Shown piece after piece: positions 1-11,475 of a stretch of DNA of 45,406 nucleotides. This DNA is from Octopus bimaculoides (lineage: Eukaryota), in NCBI RefSeq assembly GCF_001194135.2, contig NC_068986.1:21646870-21692275 (forward strand), in the 5' to 3' direction. Under the pieces are notes generated by a model. That model ran no database searches, was not told the DNA's origin, and worked only from the letters and a program-made list of their open reading frames with translations. Position numbers and translations under genes: made by a program. Position 1 is the stretch's first letter; every line of letters begins with the position of its first letter.

Positions 1-228
1 TTCTTTATTGCCCACAAGGGACTAAACATAGAGGGGGCAAACAAGGACATACAAAAGGATTAAGTCGATTACATCAACTCAGTGCGTAACTGGTACTTAA
101 TTTATCGACCCCGAAAGGATGAAAGGCATAGTCGACCTCGGCGGAATTTGAACTCAGAACGTAACGGCAGACGAAATACCGTTAAGCATCTCGCCCGGCG
201 CGCTAACGTTTCTGCCAGCTCGCCGCCT
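1..228 (-). mobile_element. tRNA-derived SINE, family A, near full length
   Basis: The minus strand begins GGCGGCGAGCTGGCAGAAACGTTAG (A-box-like), contains GAGTTCAAATTCC (B-box) and ends in a CCCTTGTGGGCAATAAAGAA tail. It matches 39000-39231 and more than 10 other copies in the window. Confidence 0.85.
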
Positions 229-607
229 TTCAGGGTCTAAATAATGCCAACATCTATTATAACTGTACATCAAGCGTATAAAATTACTGTAGGGACGACT
301 CAAGTAGATATACTGTATGATAGAACGATAGTGCAGAAATGCGTAAGAGAAGATCTTCACAGTCCTATCGCAATGACCGAATTAATGAAATACCGAACTC
401 TCAGTTCACGCTCTATATTTAATATCCTTATTACATGCGTTGTTTTTCGTTAACTTAAAACAAAGCATTTATTTATATTGCTGCCATTTTCTCTGTAACG
501 CTAAGAAAAGCTGGCGAAAAGCTACTTATATATTATATATACATGATTTTCATAACATCCCCTTTGGACAATATGTGAATAATGATTGTTTAATCAGACA
601 AACGAAC

Positions 608-676
608 ATGTGTGAATGTTGGTGTGTGCTATATTGCTTTCTCGCATTGGTGAAAGGTACAAATGTGTTGAAGAAG
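608..676 (+). CDS. Possible first coding exon with a signal-peptide-like sequence (MCECWCVLYCFLALVKGTNVLKK)
   Basis: ATG at 608, a short hydrophobic stretch, then a consensus donor AAG|GTAAGT at 676/677. No homology recognised. Confidence 0.2.
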
Positions 677-700
677 GTAAGTGTCATCGAAAGAAACCTG

Positions 701-875
701 GGATCTTTTACCGAAATATGACAATTTCTTTACATGAAATAACTTCGAATACAAAATTTTTTATCTGTTCTATAACACAAAATATACAAGTATACGAAGT
801 TTGAAAGTGTTTCGGTACCAAAAACACTACATAAAACATAAATGAAAAGTGTTGCTCGTCAAATTAGAAAGATCC
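701..875. mobile_element. Non-autonomous DNA transposon (GGATC-terminal family, short form)
   Basis: TIR GGATCTTT...AAAGATCC with a perfect 8-bp TSD GAAACCTG (693-700, 876-883). The right half is a diverged copy of the ~99-bp unit seen at 11316-11411 and 20002-20193. Confidence 0.85.
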
Positions 876-2003
876 GAAACCTGTTTATTTGCTCGAACCA
901 GAGGAGGTGAAATGTAAATTTGTCTCCAGCAATATTTCAACTGAACTTTGAAAACAAGGATGAAGCGAATAACCGTAAGGAGTCTAATCTAGAGCTCCTG
1001 CTTTATTTTTTCTTTGTCACTCCAGAATAATGCCTGTTAATATTTTGGCGCATCACATTCAAGAAGCTTGGCTCTTTTTCTTCAGTTTTCTTGCAGACAA
1101 AGATCAGATCTTTTCCTTTTTCTATTATAATTCCATCCACATCTGAGACATATAGATCGACTCTGTACTTTATTTTGTCATTCCGGTACTTAGAAAGACA
1201 AAGGTGACCATGGCGTGATTTGAACTCAGAATGTAAAAGCCGTAACTGAAAACTGCCAATCATTTTTAGTCCAACAAAAAAAAAAAAGAAAAATATCAAC
1301 CATCACACAAAGGTACAGAACCATTTGGAACGAATCTTTGTAACCATGTAAAAAAAAAATCAGATACTGCTCGTTAAAAGAACTTGGCATAGTTGCATAA
1401 TTCTGAGGAAATACATGTTTATCCTGATGACCTTACAACGTAGACAAAGACAAATATAATAGGCTGTTATCTAATAATAACACTAACATATATAAAAGAA
1501 AAAAAATCAAATACTAGCGCACACACTTCTATAAATCTAGAAGCTAAAGAAATTTCCACCGTCTTTAGACAGAGTAGAACACCAAGCAATTCTCCACAAA
1601 CACATCATATTACGCTTACGGACAGCAAACTAAACTTCACAAGTAATCCGAAATGTAGATTAATTAATCCTGGAAAACCTGGATTTGGAATGGTTAGCAA
1701 ATAATTTCTCGAAACGATTATTCTTTAAGTAGAAATAATACGATATTCTTTCCATTATGGAACAACAGAATAAGAATGTTTCTGTGGGGTCCACAATAAG
1801 TGGCAATGTAAGTTTACTTCGTTTGACATTGCTGACTTTTATCTTTTTATCACCAAAGTTCCTTCTTTTCAAAGAGTTCTTCTTAGTAAATAAAATCGCA
1901 CCAGTTAGGTAATCTGAGCTAATATAATAAAGAAATCCCTCTTGATTTTTGATAATTCTAACCGTTTTTTTTTTAAAGGGCTGAATTGTACAGTAATTAA
2001 CAG

Positions 2004-2006
<3 letters not shown>

Positions 2007-2040
<34 letters not shown>
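2007..2040. repeat. (TA)n microsatellite running into a gap
   Basis: Direct reading. Confidence 0.95.
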
Positions 2041-2883
2041 NNNNNNNNNNNNNNNNNNNNNNNNNNNNNNNNNNNNNNNNNNNNNNNNNNNNNNNNNNNN
2101 NNNNNNNNNNNNNNNNNNNNNNNNNNNNNNNNNNNNNNNNNNNNNNNNNNNNNNNNNNNNNNNNNNNNNNNNNNNNNNNNNNNNNNNNNNNNNNNNNNNN
2201 NNNNNNNNNNNNNNNNNNNNNNNNNNNNNNNNNNNNNNNNNNNNNNNNNNNNNNNNNNNNNNNNNNNNNNNNNNNNNNNNNNNNNNNNNNNNNNNNNNNN
2301 NNNNNNNNNNNNNNNNNNNNNNNNNNNNNNNNNNNNNNNNNNNNNNNNNNNNNNNNNNNNNNNNNNNNNNNNNNNNNNNNNNNNNNNNNNNNNNNNNNNN
2401 NNNNNNNNNNNNNNNNNNNNNNNNNNNNNNNNNNNNNNNNNNNNNNNNNNNNNNNNNNNNNNNNNNNNNNNNNNNNNNNNNNNNNNNNNNNNNNNNNNNN
2501 NNNNNNNNNNNNNNNNNNNNNNNNNNNNNNNNNNNNNNNNNNNNNNNNNNNNNNNNNNNNNNNNNNNNNNNNNNNNNNNNNNNNNNNNNNNNNNNNNNNN
2601 NNNNNNNNNNNNNNNNNNNNNNNNNNNNNNNNNNNNNNNNNNNNNNNNNNNNNNNNNNNNNNNNNNNNNNNNNNNNNNNNNNNNNNNNNNNNNNNNNNNN
2701 NNNNNNNNNNNNNNNNNNNNNNNNNNNNNNNNNNNNNNNNNNNNNNNNNNNNNNNNNNNNNNNNNNNNNNNNNNNNNNNNNNNNNNNNNNNNNNNNNNNN
2801 NNNNNNNNNNNNNNNNNNNNNNNNNNNNNNNNNNNNNNNNNNNNNNNNNNNNNNNNNNNNNNNNNNNNNNNNNNNNNNNNNNN
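2041..2883. other. Assembly gap (N run)
   Basis: Direct reading. Confidence 1.
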
Positions 2884-3159
2884 ATCGTTTGCATAAAACA
2901 GTTCATGCAGTATTTGTAGAAATTTTTATAGAGACGATGATCTTTTCGCCTCACGTAATATGAGTTGACATAAGGCAGTTTGTTTAAAGAAAGATTTGAT
3001 TGAGCTACTTTGTAAAATAGATGTTAATCTTACTATTGTTATTTAGACATTACTTTAAATTTATAGACAAAAAAATTTAACCCACACTATAAACCTATAA
3101 AAGAGTTTTAGCCAATGAGCCAGGTGAAAAGCAGGAACTAGCGGGGGGGGGGGGTCAAA

Positions 3160-3818
3160 TGCTTCCGGCAACATATTATCGATGTCTCCTCTACAATGTC
3201 CAGTGGCTCTGGTACCGTAGATTTGGATGGATGATGGAGATTCCTCTACACAGGAGTGGTGTCAACTATGTCTGCACAGACGAAAATGGGGATAGTCACA
3301 AGCCCCTGGCTGTCAGATTGTGTTATAGAGTGAATCCCACAAAGCGTTAAAGAGTGGATCCCACTAGATAGGAAGGTTTTGCTTCCTGAAAGAAGGCTTG
3401 CTGTGGATGTTGCAAGTATATGCACGAAACTGAGGCCAAATACGAATCGTTCAGTAGATGTAATTCACTATATCTTTAGATGTAGTTAAAAACCAAGTCA
3501 TTTGTCCTACAAGCACACTTCAATGTACGTGTTGGCAGCAATCACCACCTAGTTGCCTACAAACTGAGACTGTCTACAGTAGGTAGAACCCACAAAACTA
3601 GTAAGTCTAGCGTAACTTCAGGATAAAGTGGGAAACAGGATTTTCAATAACAACGTCGAATCTATACTGTTTTATGGTGCTGAGCCATGGCAAATGGACA
3701 CGGACATCCTTAAAGGGCTCTAAACATTCACGAACAGGTGTCTCAGAAGAATCTTAAACATTTTACATGCAAAAATTGTGAGCAACAAAGCCCTTTGGGC
3801 GGCACCTAAAAGGAAACC
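3160..3818 (+). mobile_element. Degraded RTE-clade LINE, 5' part (APE endonuclease remnants joined by an internal deletion to the post-RT region)
   Basis: Translations GSGTVDLDG*WRFLYTG, EWIPLDRK, NVRVGSNHHLVAYKLRLS (3522-3575) and RIFNNNVESILFYGAEPW...RCLRRILNI...SNKALW (3637-3798) match RTE ORF2 motifs. Stops and frameshifts are present. Confidence 0.85.
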
Positions 3819-4406
3819 TGTAGCGGAATATTCAGCAATCACCAAATATCGCGATTCACTGGAATATGATACACATGATCAGTAAATCTGACCAATCGCG
3901 ACTTCGCCTAAAAAGAATATTAAACACATGTTCAACAAAATCTGGCCAATTACGACTCGACGTGGAATAGGCTCCAGCAACAATTTCACCTTTTGGTGCA
4001 CTCCTTTCTGAGCCCATCAATAGGTATAAAATGACGCATACGCTACCACTAACCGAGAGCTTTAGGATGTAGTTTAGACGACATGGCAGACGGATGGCTA
4101 ACAGACACGAACTACGGCTGAACTGAGCTAATGTCATCATAACGAACTACTGGCAGCAACGTAACGACGATCAATAACTTTTCAAATACTATTTCAATTA
4201 CACCAAGAACAATAACATCCAGACTCTCTCAAGAAATAAAATTGTTCGCAAAAACCTCAACAGATTTTGTCGTTTTCTTCTGGGTACAACTGTTGACTTC
4301 CGACGCCAGAAATCACAGTCAGCTCCCAACGTCAGCAGTTAAATACAACTCCGAGCAATTAGCCAATCAGCTCAAGTACAAGTGGTAACAACAACCAACA
4401 GCCACA
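3819..4406 (+). mobile_element. Solo LTR (probably Ty3/Gypsy type) inserted in the RTE relic
   Basis: Termini TGTAGC...GCCACA; 4-bp TSD AACC (3815-3818, 4407-4410); duplicated CCAAT-containing motif (3892, 3946); TATAAAA at 4025; AATAAA at 4235. Excising it restores the RTE reading frame. Confidence 0.85.
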
Positions 4407-4670
4407 AACCCATCGGCCAAAAATTAACGAGATGCAAGCGGAGCAGGGTTGGTCATAAGTTAAGAAGACCGGGGAGAAATTTGGCAAAGCAATGCTTAGA
4501 TTGGAATGTAAGATAGAAAAGGTAGGAGGGTAGCCGAGGATCGCTCGAAAGGAGTCCAGTTGTGCAGAAATTAAAGGAGGGGGTGACATTGAACCAAGTG
4601 AAAAAGGAAAGCACAAGAAATAACGCGTCGAAAGACTGTTGTGAAGAGACTATGTTCCGCCAGAAATCAA
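4407..4670 (+). mobile_element. Degraded RTE-clade LINE, 3' end of ORF2
   Basis: PIGQKLTRCKRSRVGHKLRRPGRNLAKQCLDWN and KTVVKRLCSARN resemble the RTE C-terminal motifs (WIGHTLRK...ALDWNP...LCS). Confidence 0.8.
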
Positions 4671-4699
4671 AACAGAGCATCATGGTAATAATGACACAG

Positions 4700-4878
4700 A
4701 CATTATTAGCATGCCGGGCAAAATGCTTAGCAGCATTTCGTTCATCTTCGTGTTCTGAGTTTAAATTCGGCCAAGGCCGAATTTGCCTTTCATCATTTCG
4801 GGATCGATAAAATAAGTAGTAGTTGAACACCCCTCCCCCGAACATGCTGGCCATGCACCAAGATTTGAAACTAATATA
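4700..4878 (+). mobile_element. SINE family A, diverged copy
   Basis: GCCGGGCAAAATGCTTAGC...GAGTTTAAATTC...GCCTTTCATC...GATTTGAAACTAATAT. Confidence 0.75.
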
Positions 4879-5569
4879 TTCAAAGCTGTCTGTGTGAGTC
4901 GTTGTTCAGCGTTTCGCATTTCCGATCCTCAGATGATGGGTGCTGTAATTTTTCAAACTTGTGTGTGTTGTGTGTGTGTGCGTGCGCGCGCATTGGCTGA
5001 TGCTGATCGGGTGATTCCGAAACCAATTTTGCCGGGGTCATTGACTAACGTAGACAAATGCCAATGCGTAGAGAAAAAAAAAAGAAGAGAAATGGATGAA
5101 AAAAAAAATAATAACAATAAGGGCACATGAAGAAGGAGGAGGAGGAGGCGAGAAGAAGAAGAAGAAGAAACGGATGAGAAATCATAAAAAGAAAAGAAGA
5201 AAAACGGAAACGAAAAGAATGATTAAGAATTTCAGCAGATTCTAATTAAGTGGTAATTACGGGTGTAGCAAATTTATGTGGATGAATAAACATGTATGTA
5301 CCTATTCATTCACGCACTCACAAATGCACACACACACATGGCCTGAGGATAGAGACCGGGTTCTCTGATTAGGGATAAAAATTAGGAATGTAATTTCCGG
5401 GTGGTTTTGTTCTTTTGGATGGTGCTAAAGCTTATATATAATTTAATCTGACTTTTGTATTGGTTAATATATTTATTATGCATTCATATAAATCATGGGG
5501 GCCACAGACTTTATATTGCATGTGTTCAAAATTGGTGGTTATAGTTTATAATTTGTGGCACTCCCACGC

Positions 5570-5780
5570 AGTCACACATTCACAAACAAGCATGTGCACA
5601 CGCACACACACAAACGCAGGGACACATTCCTATAGATACATATAAACATGCATACATATACATACACACGTACACTCAAAGACACATACACACATACATA
5701 TATTATGCAGGTGTACATATATACACAGATACCCACCCTTACACTAACATACATAGCAACGTGTTCGTGCCTATACATAA
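5570..5780. repeat. (CA)/(TA)-rich low-complexity tract
   Basis: Direct reading. Confidence 0.8.
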
Positions 5781-5910
5781 AATGGCTTGTTTATGGTTGT
5801 CCCTGAAATCTGAAAACGGTCATCTTTATTTGTATACTGTCATGTAGTGGTTGTTGATGATGATGATGATGTGGGGGGGGGGAGTTGCGTGTAATGAGGC
5901 AACAGCACCA

Positions 5911-6330
5911 TACTCTTACTCTTTAATCTTTTACTTGTTTCAGTCATTTGACTACGGCCATGCTGGGGCACCGCCTTTAGTCGAGCAAATCAACCCCAGG
6001 ACTTATTATTTTGTAAGCCTAGTACTTATTCTATCGGCCTCTTTTGCCGAACCGCTAAGTTACAGGGACGTAAACACACCAGCATCGGTTGTCAAGCGAT
6101 TTTGGGGGGACAAACAAAGACACACAAACATATACACACACATACATATATATATACATATACACGACGGGCTTCTTTCAGTTTCCGTCTACCAAATCCA
6201 CTTACAAAGCTTTGGTTGGCCCGAGGCTATAGTAGAAGACACTTGCCCAAGGTGCCACGCAGTGGGACAGAACCCGGAACCATGTGGTTGGTAAGCAAGC
6301 TACGTACCACACAGCCACTCCTGCGCCTAT
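5911..6330 (-). mobile_element. tRNA-derived CORE-like SINE, family B1, full length
   Basis: Minus-strand head GGCGCAGGAGTGGCTGTGTGG / GGTTCTGTCCC, CORE-like CACCTTGGGCAAGTG, a central CA/TA microsatellite and a GAAACAAGTAAAAGA...AGAGTA tail. It matches 35409-35824. Confidence 0.85.
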
Positions 6331-6615
6331 GAGCAATTAATTATGATTTTATTTATACTGCGTAAGTCATATTTCTAGTTGACCAAGGATTATACCAATC
6401 TTCAAATCAAATCAACACAACTGTAAGAAACATATTGTAACATACATGTTAAGCTGGATGCAAAGGCTTGGTACTGGAGCTTGATTAAACATTAGAAGTT
6501 GTACACATTGATTTATATCTGCCAGATATAACACATATCCAGATTGCGCATGGAGTCGCTAAAACGACTATGTTAACAGCAAGGGAGTGTGTGAAGCGGA
6601 CCACAATTTGGTATA

Positions 6616-6651
6616 CACTGAAAGGCGGTACTCAAACAAACCCTATTAATA
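6616..6651 (-). promoter_or_regulatory. Candidate core promoter (TATA-like TATTAATA plus Inr-like TTCAGT) next to the HSE
   Basis: On the minus strand, TATTAATA (6651-6644) lies 32 nt upstream of the A of TTCAGT (6619). Spacing only; no transcript evidence. Confidence 0.3.
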
Positions 6652-6661
6652 ATCCTTGTAT

Positions 6662-6691
6662 CGAACATTCTAGAAGAGTCTGGAATGTTCT
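6662..6691. promoter_or_regulatory. Heat shock element (HSF-binding array of six alternating nGAAn pentamers)
   Basis: cGAAc aTTCt aGAAg aGTCt gGAAt gTTCt: 17 of 18 core bases match, in non-repetitive, CpG-retaining sequence. Confidence 0.65.
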
Positions 6692-9019
6692 ATCACCTGA
6701 AAACCGGCCGCTATTTGGCTAATAACTCGGTCTTTCACGTGAATGGGGTTGAGCGATGTCGTGGCTTAAACTCAGTTTCGAATCTCGTTACAATACTCTT
6801 TACTGACTACATTTCAAACTTTGAAATACTGCTTCGGTTGTAGACAGACGTGTAAATGTTTTGGTCGGAGACACCAGGCATTACTTTACGAGTATGTCTT
6901 TTATTCTCGATTCCCTTGTTGTACTGTATCGGTTGTATGTGCTCTATGTCTCTCACGCAACATAGACAAAAACACCAGTGTGTAAGCTAGAATGGGTGCT
7001 TAGAAAAACTCTCTGAGTCTTCCAAAGGATATAGAGGACTGTCTGAGGCAGCTTAGAATCTGTGTACTCTTTAGAAATGGTGACGCCTCACTATCTGAAT
7101 TAGGAAAGTGTGGTTAATTGTTGTTGGGATACTGAGATAGTGAAACGAGAGAGGATGGGGCGGTGTATCATTGATGACTTCAGTTTTCTGAATGTTAACT
7201 GTCAGGTCCATTCATTGATTTGTGCGGAAGCTTGCCAGGCTTAAATTTAATCGTTAGACGCCCTTAAAACAGTATTAGACTAAAATAATAATTTATTTAT
7301 CATTTATAAACCTGGAAAGCGAATATTTTTGGACTGATTTCTATATTGGAGCGAAAGTTTCAACCTAAATAAGAATGTCCAGGCACGCTCATCACTGCGG
7401 AGTCCAAATCAGGTCAAAATATCAGCGACTGACGATCTTCTGACGACATTCTGAGAGAGCTCTGTGTTTTTAAAACAGTCTCAAGGGAAGTGTCTCTGAG
7501 ACAAAATATTACAGCCTGCTCTGTTCTATATTTGTATATAGATTAAAAATGTTATACGCATCGTTTAGTCTAATGCTAACTGAAACGCGTAAATTGATTA
7601 TGATGAAGAATATACATATTTTGATCGTTATTCTTCATTTTGACTAAAAAAAAAAAACATGGTAGTTTCCCCACTTTATTAAACTCCTATTATCAAGGAG
7701 ATAGTATTTATGGCTTTTTGAAAATTAGTCTCGCACAGAAATGAGGCTCTGTTCAAACTAGTTGCTTGGATTCTAAGATGACTGCAAACATCATACGTAA
7801 AAAAAATCTGTCTTACATTATGATTAAAACCACTTTATTCGATTCATCCTAATTTGTCAATCACGTCTTTTACAGAATGAAAATAATTTGTATCTTTATT
7901 CTTTATAATTAAACATTTATTTTCTTCGGGAAATTTGAAAACAAATACCAACACGGTTGGTTATTCAGTTTTATGTTTAGCCAATGTTCTTATGTCCATA
8001 ATCACCTGAGCGTTTCAATCTGTTAGATTTCGTTAATGCAATTTTAAAATTACATTTGATAAGTTATGTCCTTCAGACATGCTGAGAATAGCGTTTAGTT
8101 TGAAAAGATGTTATTTGTCGTCATAATGTTGTCATAGAGATCCCATTAGTTTAGAGTGAAAGAGAATAAAATTGCGAAGAATGTATTTATTTTCGTTGTT
8201 ATGTACTCCTTTTTGCTTAAAGGCATGGCAGTTTGTTACACTCCTATTATAACTATGGTAACCTTCTTGCGTTTTTAAGTTTGGGCCCCCGCCCCTAGAA
8301 AATGCAGCTTCATTCTTGTTGAAACGCTTATGTAACTAGATATCAGAACATTGGATAAACACAAGATATGTTTATTACCTATGTCATTGATTGATTTTCA
8401 AATATTTTTCAAATATATTTTGGACAAAAAAAAAAAAAAAGGTTAACAACGAAACTAAGTATATTCTTGTACCGGTGTATATAACATGTGTATACAAACG
8501 TGGAACAACACTATCTGTAATAGTTTAGATTGGGAAAACTTCTCAAAGAGAATTATGCGTTAAAAACAGAGCTACGTTCAGAATGTCAGTGATCGCCAGA
8601 CATAGTATTTCAGCCTAATTTGGACTCCTGTGCATTAACTATATTCTTCATAATGTTTTCGCTTCCACTCCAAACTAATGTGATTTCTATTTGTATAAGC
8701 CTGCACTGACTATAAATAACATTTATTTGAATTGATCTGAATTTCTTTGATATGCGTAACTACACGAATGTAATTATCATCTAAGTTTAAATTTCAAACT
8801 TGTGCTGACTAAGCCTAAGAGATAGAAACACACAGGCAACTGGAATATTATTAGACCCACAACTGTCACTTGTCAGCATGACTTAACAAAATGTACCATG
8901 CTTTTCTTAATTGTCTTAGGTACCGGCACAGTCGCGGTCATGACGTCCTCCCGGCTCTTCCAGCGAAACATCGAGGATGTGGCCGCTGGAGTATAGGGAG
9001 AGGGCTGTACCAGTAACCC

Positions 9020-9125
9020 GCTGATACTCATTTCTACAGCGTAGACTGTAGCAAGGTGACTTGTAGTGCCTTGCTCAAGAACACTACACGCTACCAGATC
9101 CAAGAATCGAACACCATGATAGCCA
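9020..9125 (-). mobile_element. Degraded tRNA/CORE-like SINE head (different family)
   Basis: The minus strand has GGTGTTCGATTCTTGG (B-box-like) followed by TGTTCTTGAGCAAGGCACT and CTGTAGAAATGAGTATC. Similar to 36940-37050. Confidence 0.55.
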
Positions 9126-9419
9126 CCCCATAAATCTAATCATGAAGCCACGTGCCTTCAGACTAGATTATTAGGACATTGGATAAATGCTAAGTAGATT
9201 AGGCATATTATTATTTGTTTTCCAATTTTTAAATCAATTTTGTAACGGAAATAAATCAAAATAAAATAAGGTTTCAAGATAAATCTTTCGATACTTTGGG
9301 TTGCGTCCTCAATGATGTTTTGGAGGCTGTAAGGTTTTTTTGGTGGGGTTTCAATATCAGGCCCTTCCAATGCGGGATTCGATCAACCAGCCAGGGCTGA
9401 TCAGAGGGGGGGGGGGGGA

Positions 9420-9593
9420 GTCGATTACATTACATCCCCCCCCCCCAGTACTTGATTGGCATTTATTCTATCGATTCTGAAAGGATGAAGCGCAAAGTCA
9501 GCTTCGGTGGAATTTGAAATCAGAACGTAAAAGCAGAAGAAATGCCGCTAAGCATTTTGTCCCGTGCGGTAACGATTCTGCCAGCTCCCCGCT
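9420..9593 (-). mobile_element. SINE family A, diverged
   Basis: GAATTTGAAATCAGAACGTAAAAGCAG...GCTAAGCATTTTG...TTCTGCCAGCTCCCCGC. Confidence 0.75.
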
Positions 9594-9906
9594 ATTCTCT
9601 TTGTATATTAGTGACCTTCAAAGACTGGGCGAAATTTCATCCCCAGTTTATTCATATATTTATTTTTATGAAATATTCAATTCGAAAAAGAAGGGTGACA
9701 CCCATACTATACCAGTATAACCTAATTTTAATTTTCTTTCTAGGTCTAGTTAGTTAGTTTGGTCTTTTTGGAATTAAAGTTCATATATTTCAGGACAGAA
9801 TCCATTAAGTCGAGGACATATCTCCAAGTACTGGGGTCGATTGTTTTCCCTCAAAAAAATTGCTGCCTTTTTGCGTCGATCAGAAACCATTATAATTACT
9901 ATTTGT

Positions 9907-10340
9907 ATGGCGGCGAGCTGGCAGGATCGTTAGTTCGTCGGACAGAATGCTTAGCAGCATTTCTTCTGGCTCTATACGTTCTGAGTTCAAATTCCACCGA
10001 GGTAAACTATGACTTTCATCCATTCGAGCTCGGTAAAATAAGTACAAGTTGGGCACTGGGGGTTGATGTAATCAACGAGTCCCTCAACCAAAATTTCATG
10101 CCTTGTGCCTCTGTCAGAAAGGACTATGATAAAAAGTGGCGTACTGGAAGAATCATTAGCGCATCGGACAAAATGCTAATTTGCATTTCTTCCAGTTCTT
10201 TACATTCAAAGTTCAAATCCCACCGAAGTCGGCTTTATCTTTATCCTTAAAGGCTTGATAAAATAAAATACCAGTTACATACAAGGGTCAGTGTAATCAA
10301 TTAATCCCTTACTCCTAAAATTGCTGAACCAAAATTTGGA
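9907..10340 (+). mobile_element. Two adjacent diverged SINE family A copies (about 9907-10110 and 10130-10340)
   Basis: GGCGGCGAGCTGGCAGGATCGTTAG...GAGTTCAAATTCC, then a second head CATTAGCGCATCGGACAAAATGC...AGTTCAAATCCC. Confidence 0.75.
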
Positions 10341-10380
10341 AGAATTATTATGATTTTATGATAGGAATTATATCTCCAGA

Positions 10381-10527
10381 CAGCGAGCTAGCAGAAACGT
10401 TAGCACGCCAGGCGAGATGCTTAGCGGTATTTCGTCTGCCGTTACGTTCTGAGTTCAAATTCTGCCGAAGTCGACTTTGCCTTTCATCCTTTCGGGGGTC
10501 AATAAAATAAGTACCAGTTGAGTACTA
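10381..10527 (+). mobile_element. SINE family A, 5' part, truncated by a gap
   Basis: Near-identical to 39001-39140. Confidence 0.85.
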
Positions 10528-11315
10528 NNNNNNNNNNNNNNNNNNNNNNNNNNNNNNNNNNNNNNNNNNNNNNNNNNNNNNNNNNNNNNNNNNNNNNNNN
10601 NNNNNNNNNNNNNNNNNNNNNNNNNNNNNNNNNNNNNNNNNNNNNNNNNNNNNNNNNNNNNNNNNNNNNNNNNNNNNNNNNNNNNNNNNNNNNNNNNNNN
10701 NNNNNNNNNNNNNNNNNNNNNNNNNNNNNNNNNNNNNNNNNNNNNNNNNNNNNNNNNNNNNNNNNNNNNNNNNNNNNNNNNNNNNNNNNNNNNNNNNNNN
10801 NNNNNNNNNNNNNNNNNNNNNNNNNNNNNNNNNNNNNNNNNNNNNNNNNNNNNNNNNNNNNNNNNNNNNNNNNNNNNNNNNNNNNNNNNNNNNNNNNNNN
10901 NNNNNNNNNNNNNNNNNNNNNNNNNNNNNNNNNNNNNNNNNNNNNNNNNNNNNNNNNNNNNNNNNNNNNNNNNNNNNNNNNNNNNNNNNNNNNNNNNNNN
11001 NNNNNNNNNNNNNNNNNNNNNNNNNNNNNNNNNNNNNNNNNNNNNNNNNNNNNNNNNNNNNNNNNNNNNNNNNNNNNNNNNNNNNNNNNNNNNNNNNNNN
11101 NNNNNNNNNNNNNNNNNNNNNNNNNNNNNNNNNNNNNNNNNNNNNNNNNNNNNNNNNNNNNNNNNNNNNNNNNNNNNNNNNNNNNNNNNNNNNNNNNNNN
11201 NNNNNNNNNNNNNNNNNNNNNNNNNNNNNNNNNNNNNNNNNNNNNNNNNNNNNNNNNNNNNNNNNNNNNNNNNNNNNNNNNNNNNNNNNNNNNNNNNNNN
11301 NNNNNNNNNNNNNNA
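10528..11315. other. Assembly gap (N run)
   Basis: Direct reading. Confidence 1.
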
Positions 11316-11475
11316 AAATAGATAAGTATACGAAGTTTGAAAGTCTTTCCGTACCAAAAACACTACGTAAAACATTAATGAAAAATGTGGCCCCCGTTTT
11401 AAAAAAGATCCCAGTGTTCCAAGTTTCAAAGTGTTTCGTTAATGAAAAATGTGGCCCCCGTTTTAAAAAAGATCC
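11316..11475. mobile_element. Right end of a GGATC-terminal DNA element (third copy)
   Basis: 11316-11411 is the reverse complement of the unit at 20100-20193. It ends GTTTTAAAAAAGATCC at 11411 and again at 11475. Confidence 0.8.

Noticed and set aside
6488-6722. About 78-codon stop-free plus-strand frame overlapping the HSE
   Set aside because: No recognisable homology and weak splice donors. A frame of this length is not rare across six frames of 45 kb.
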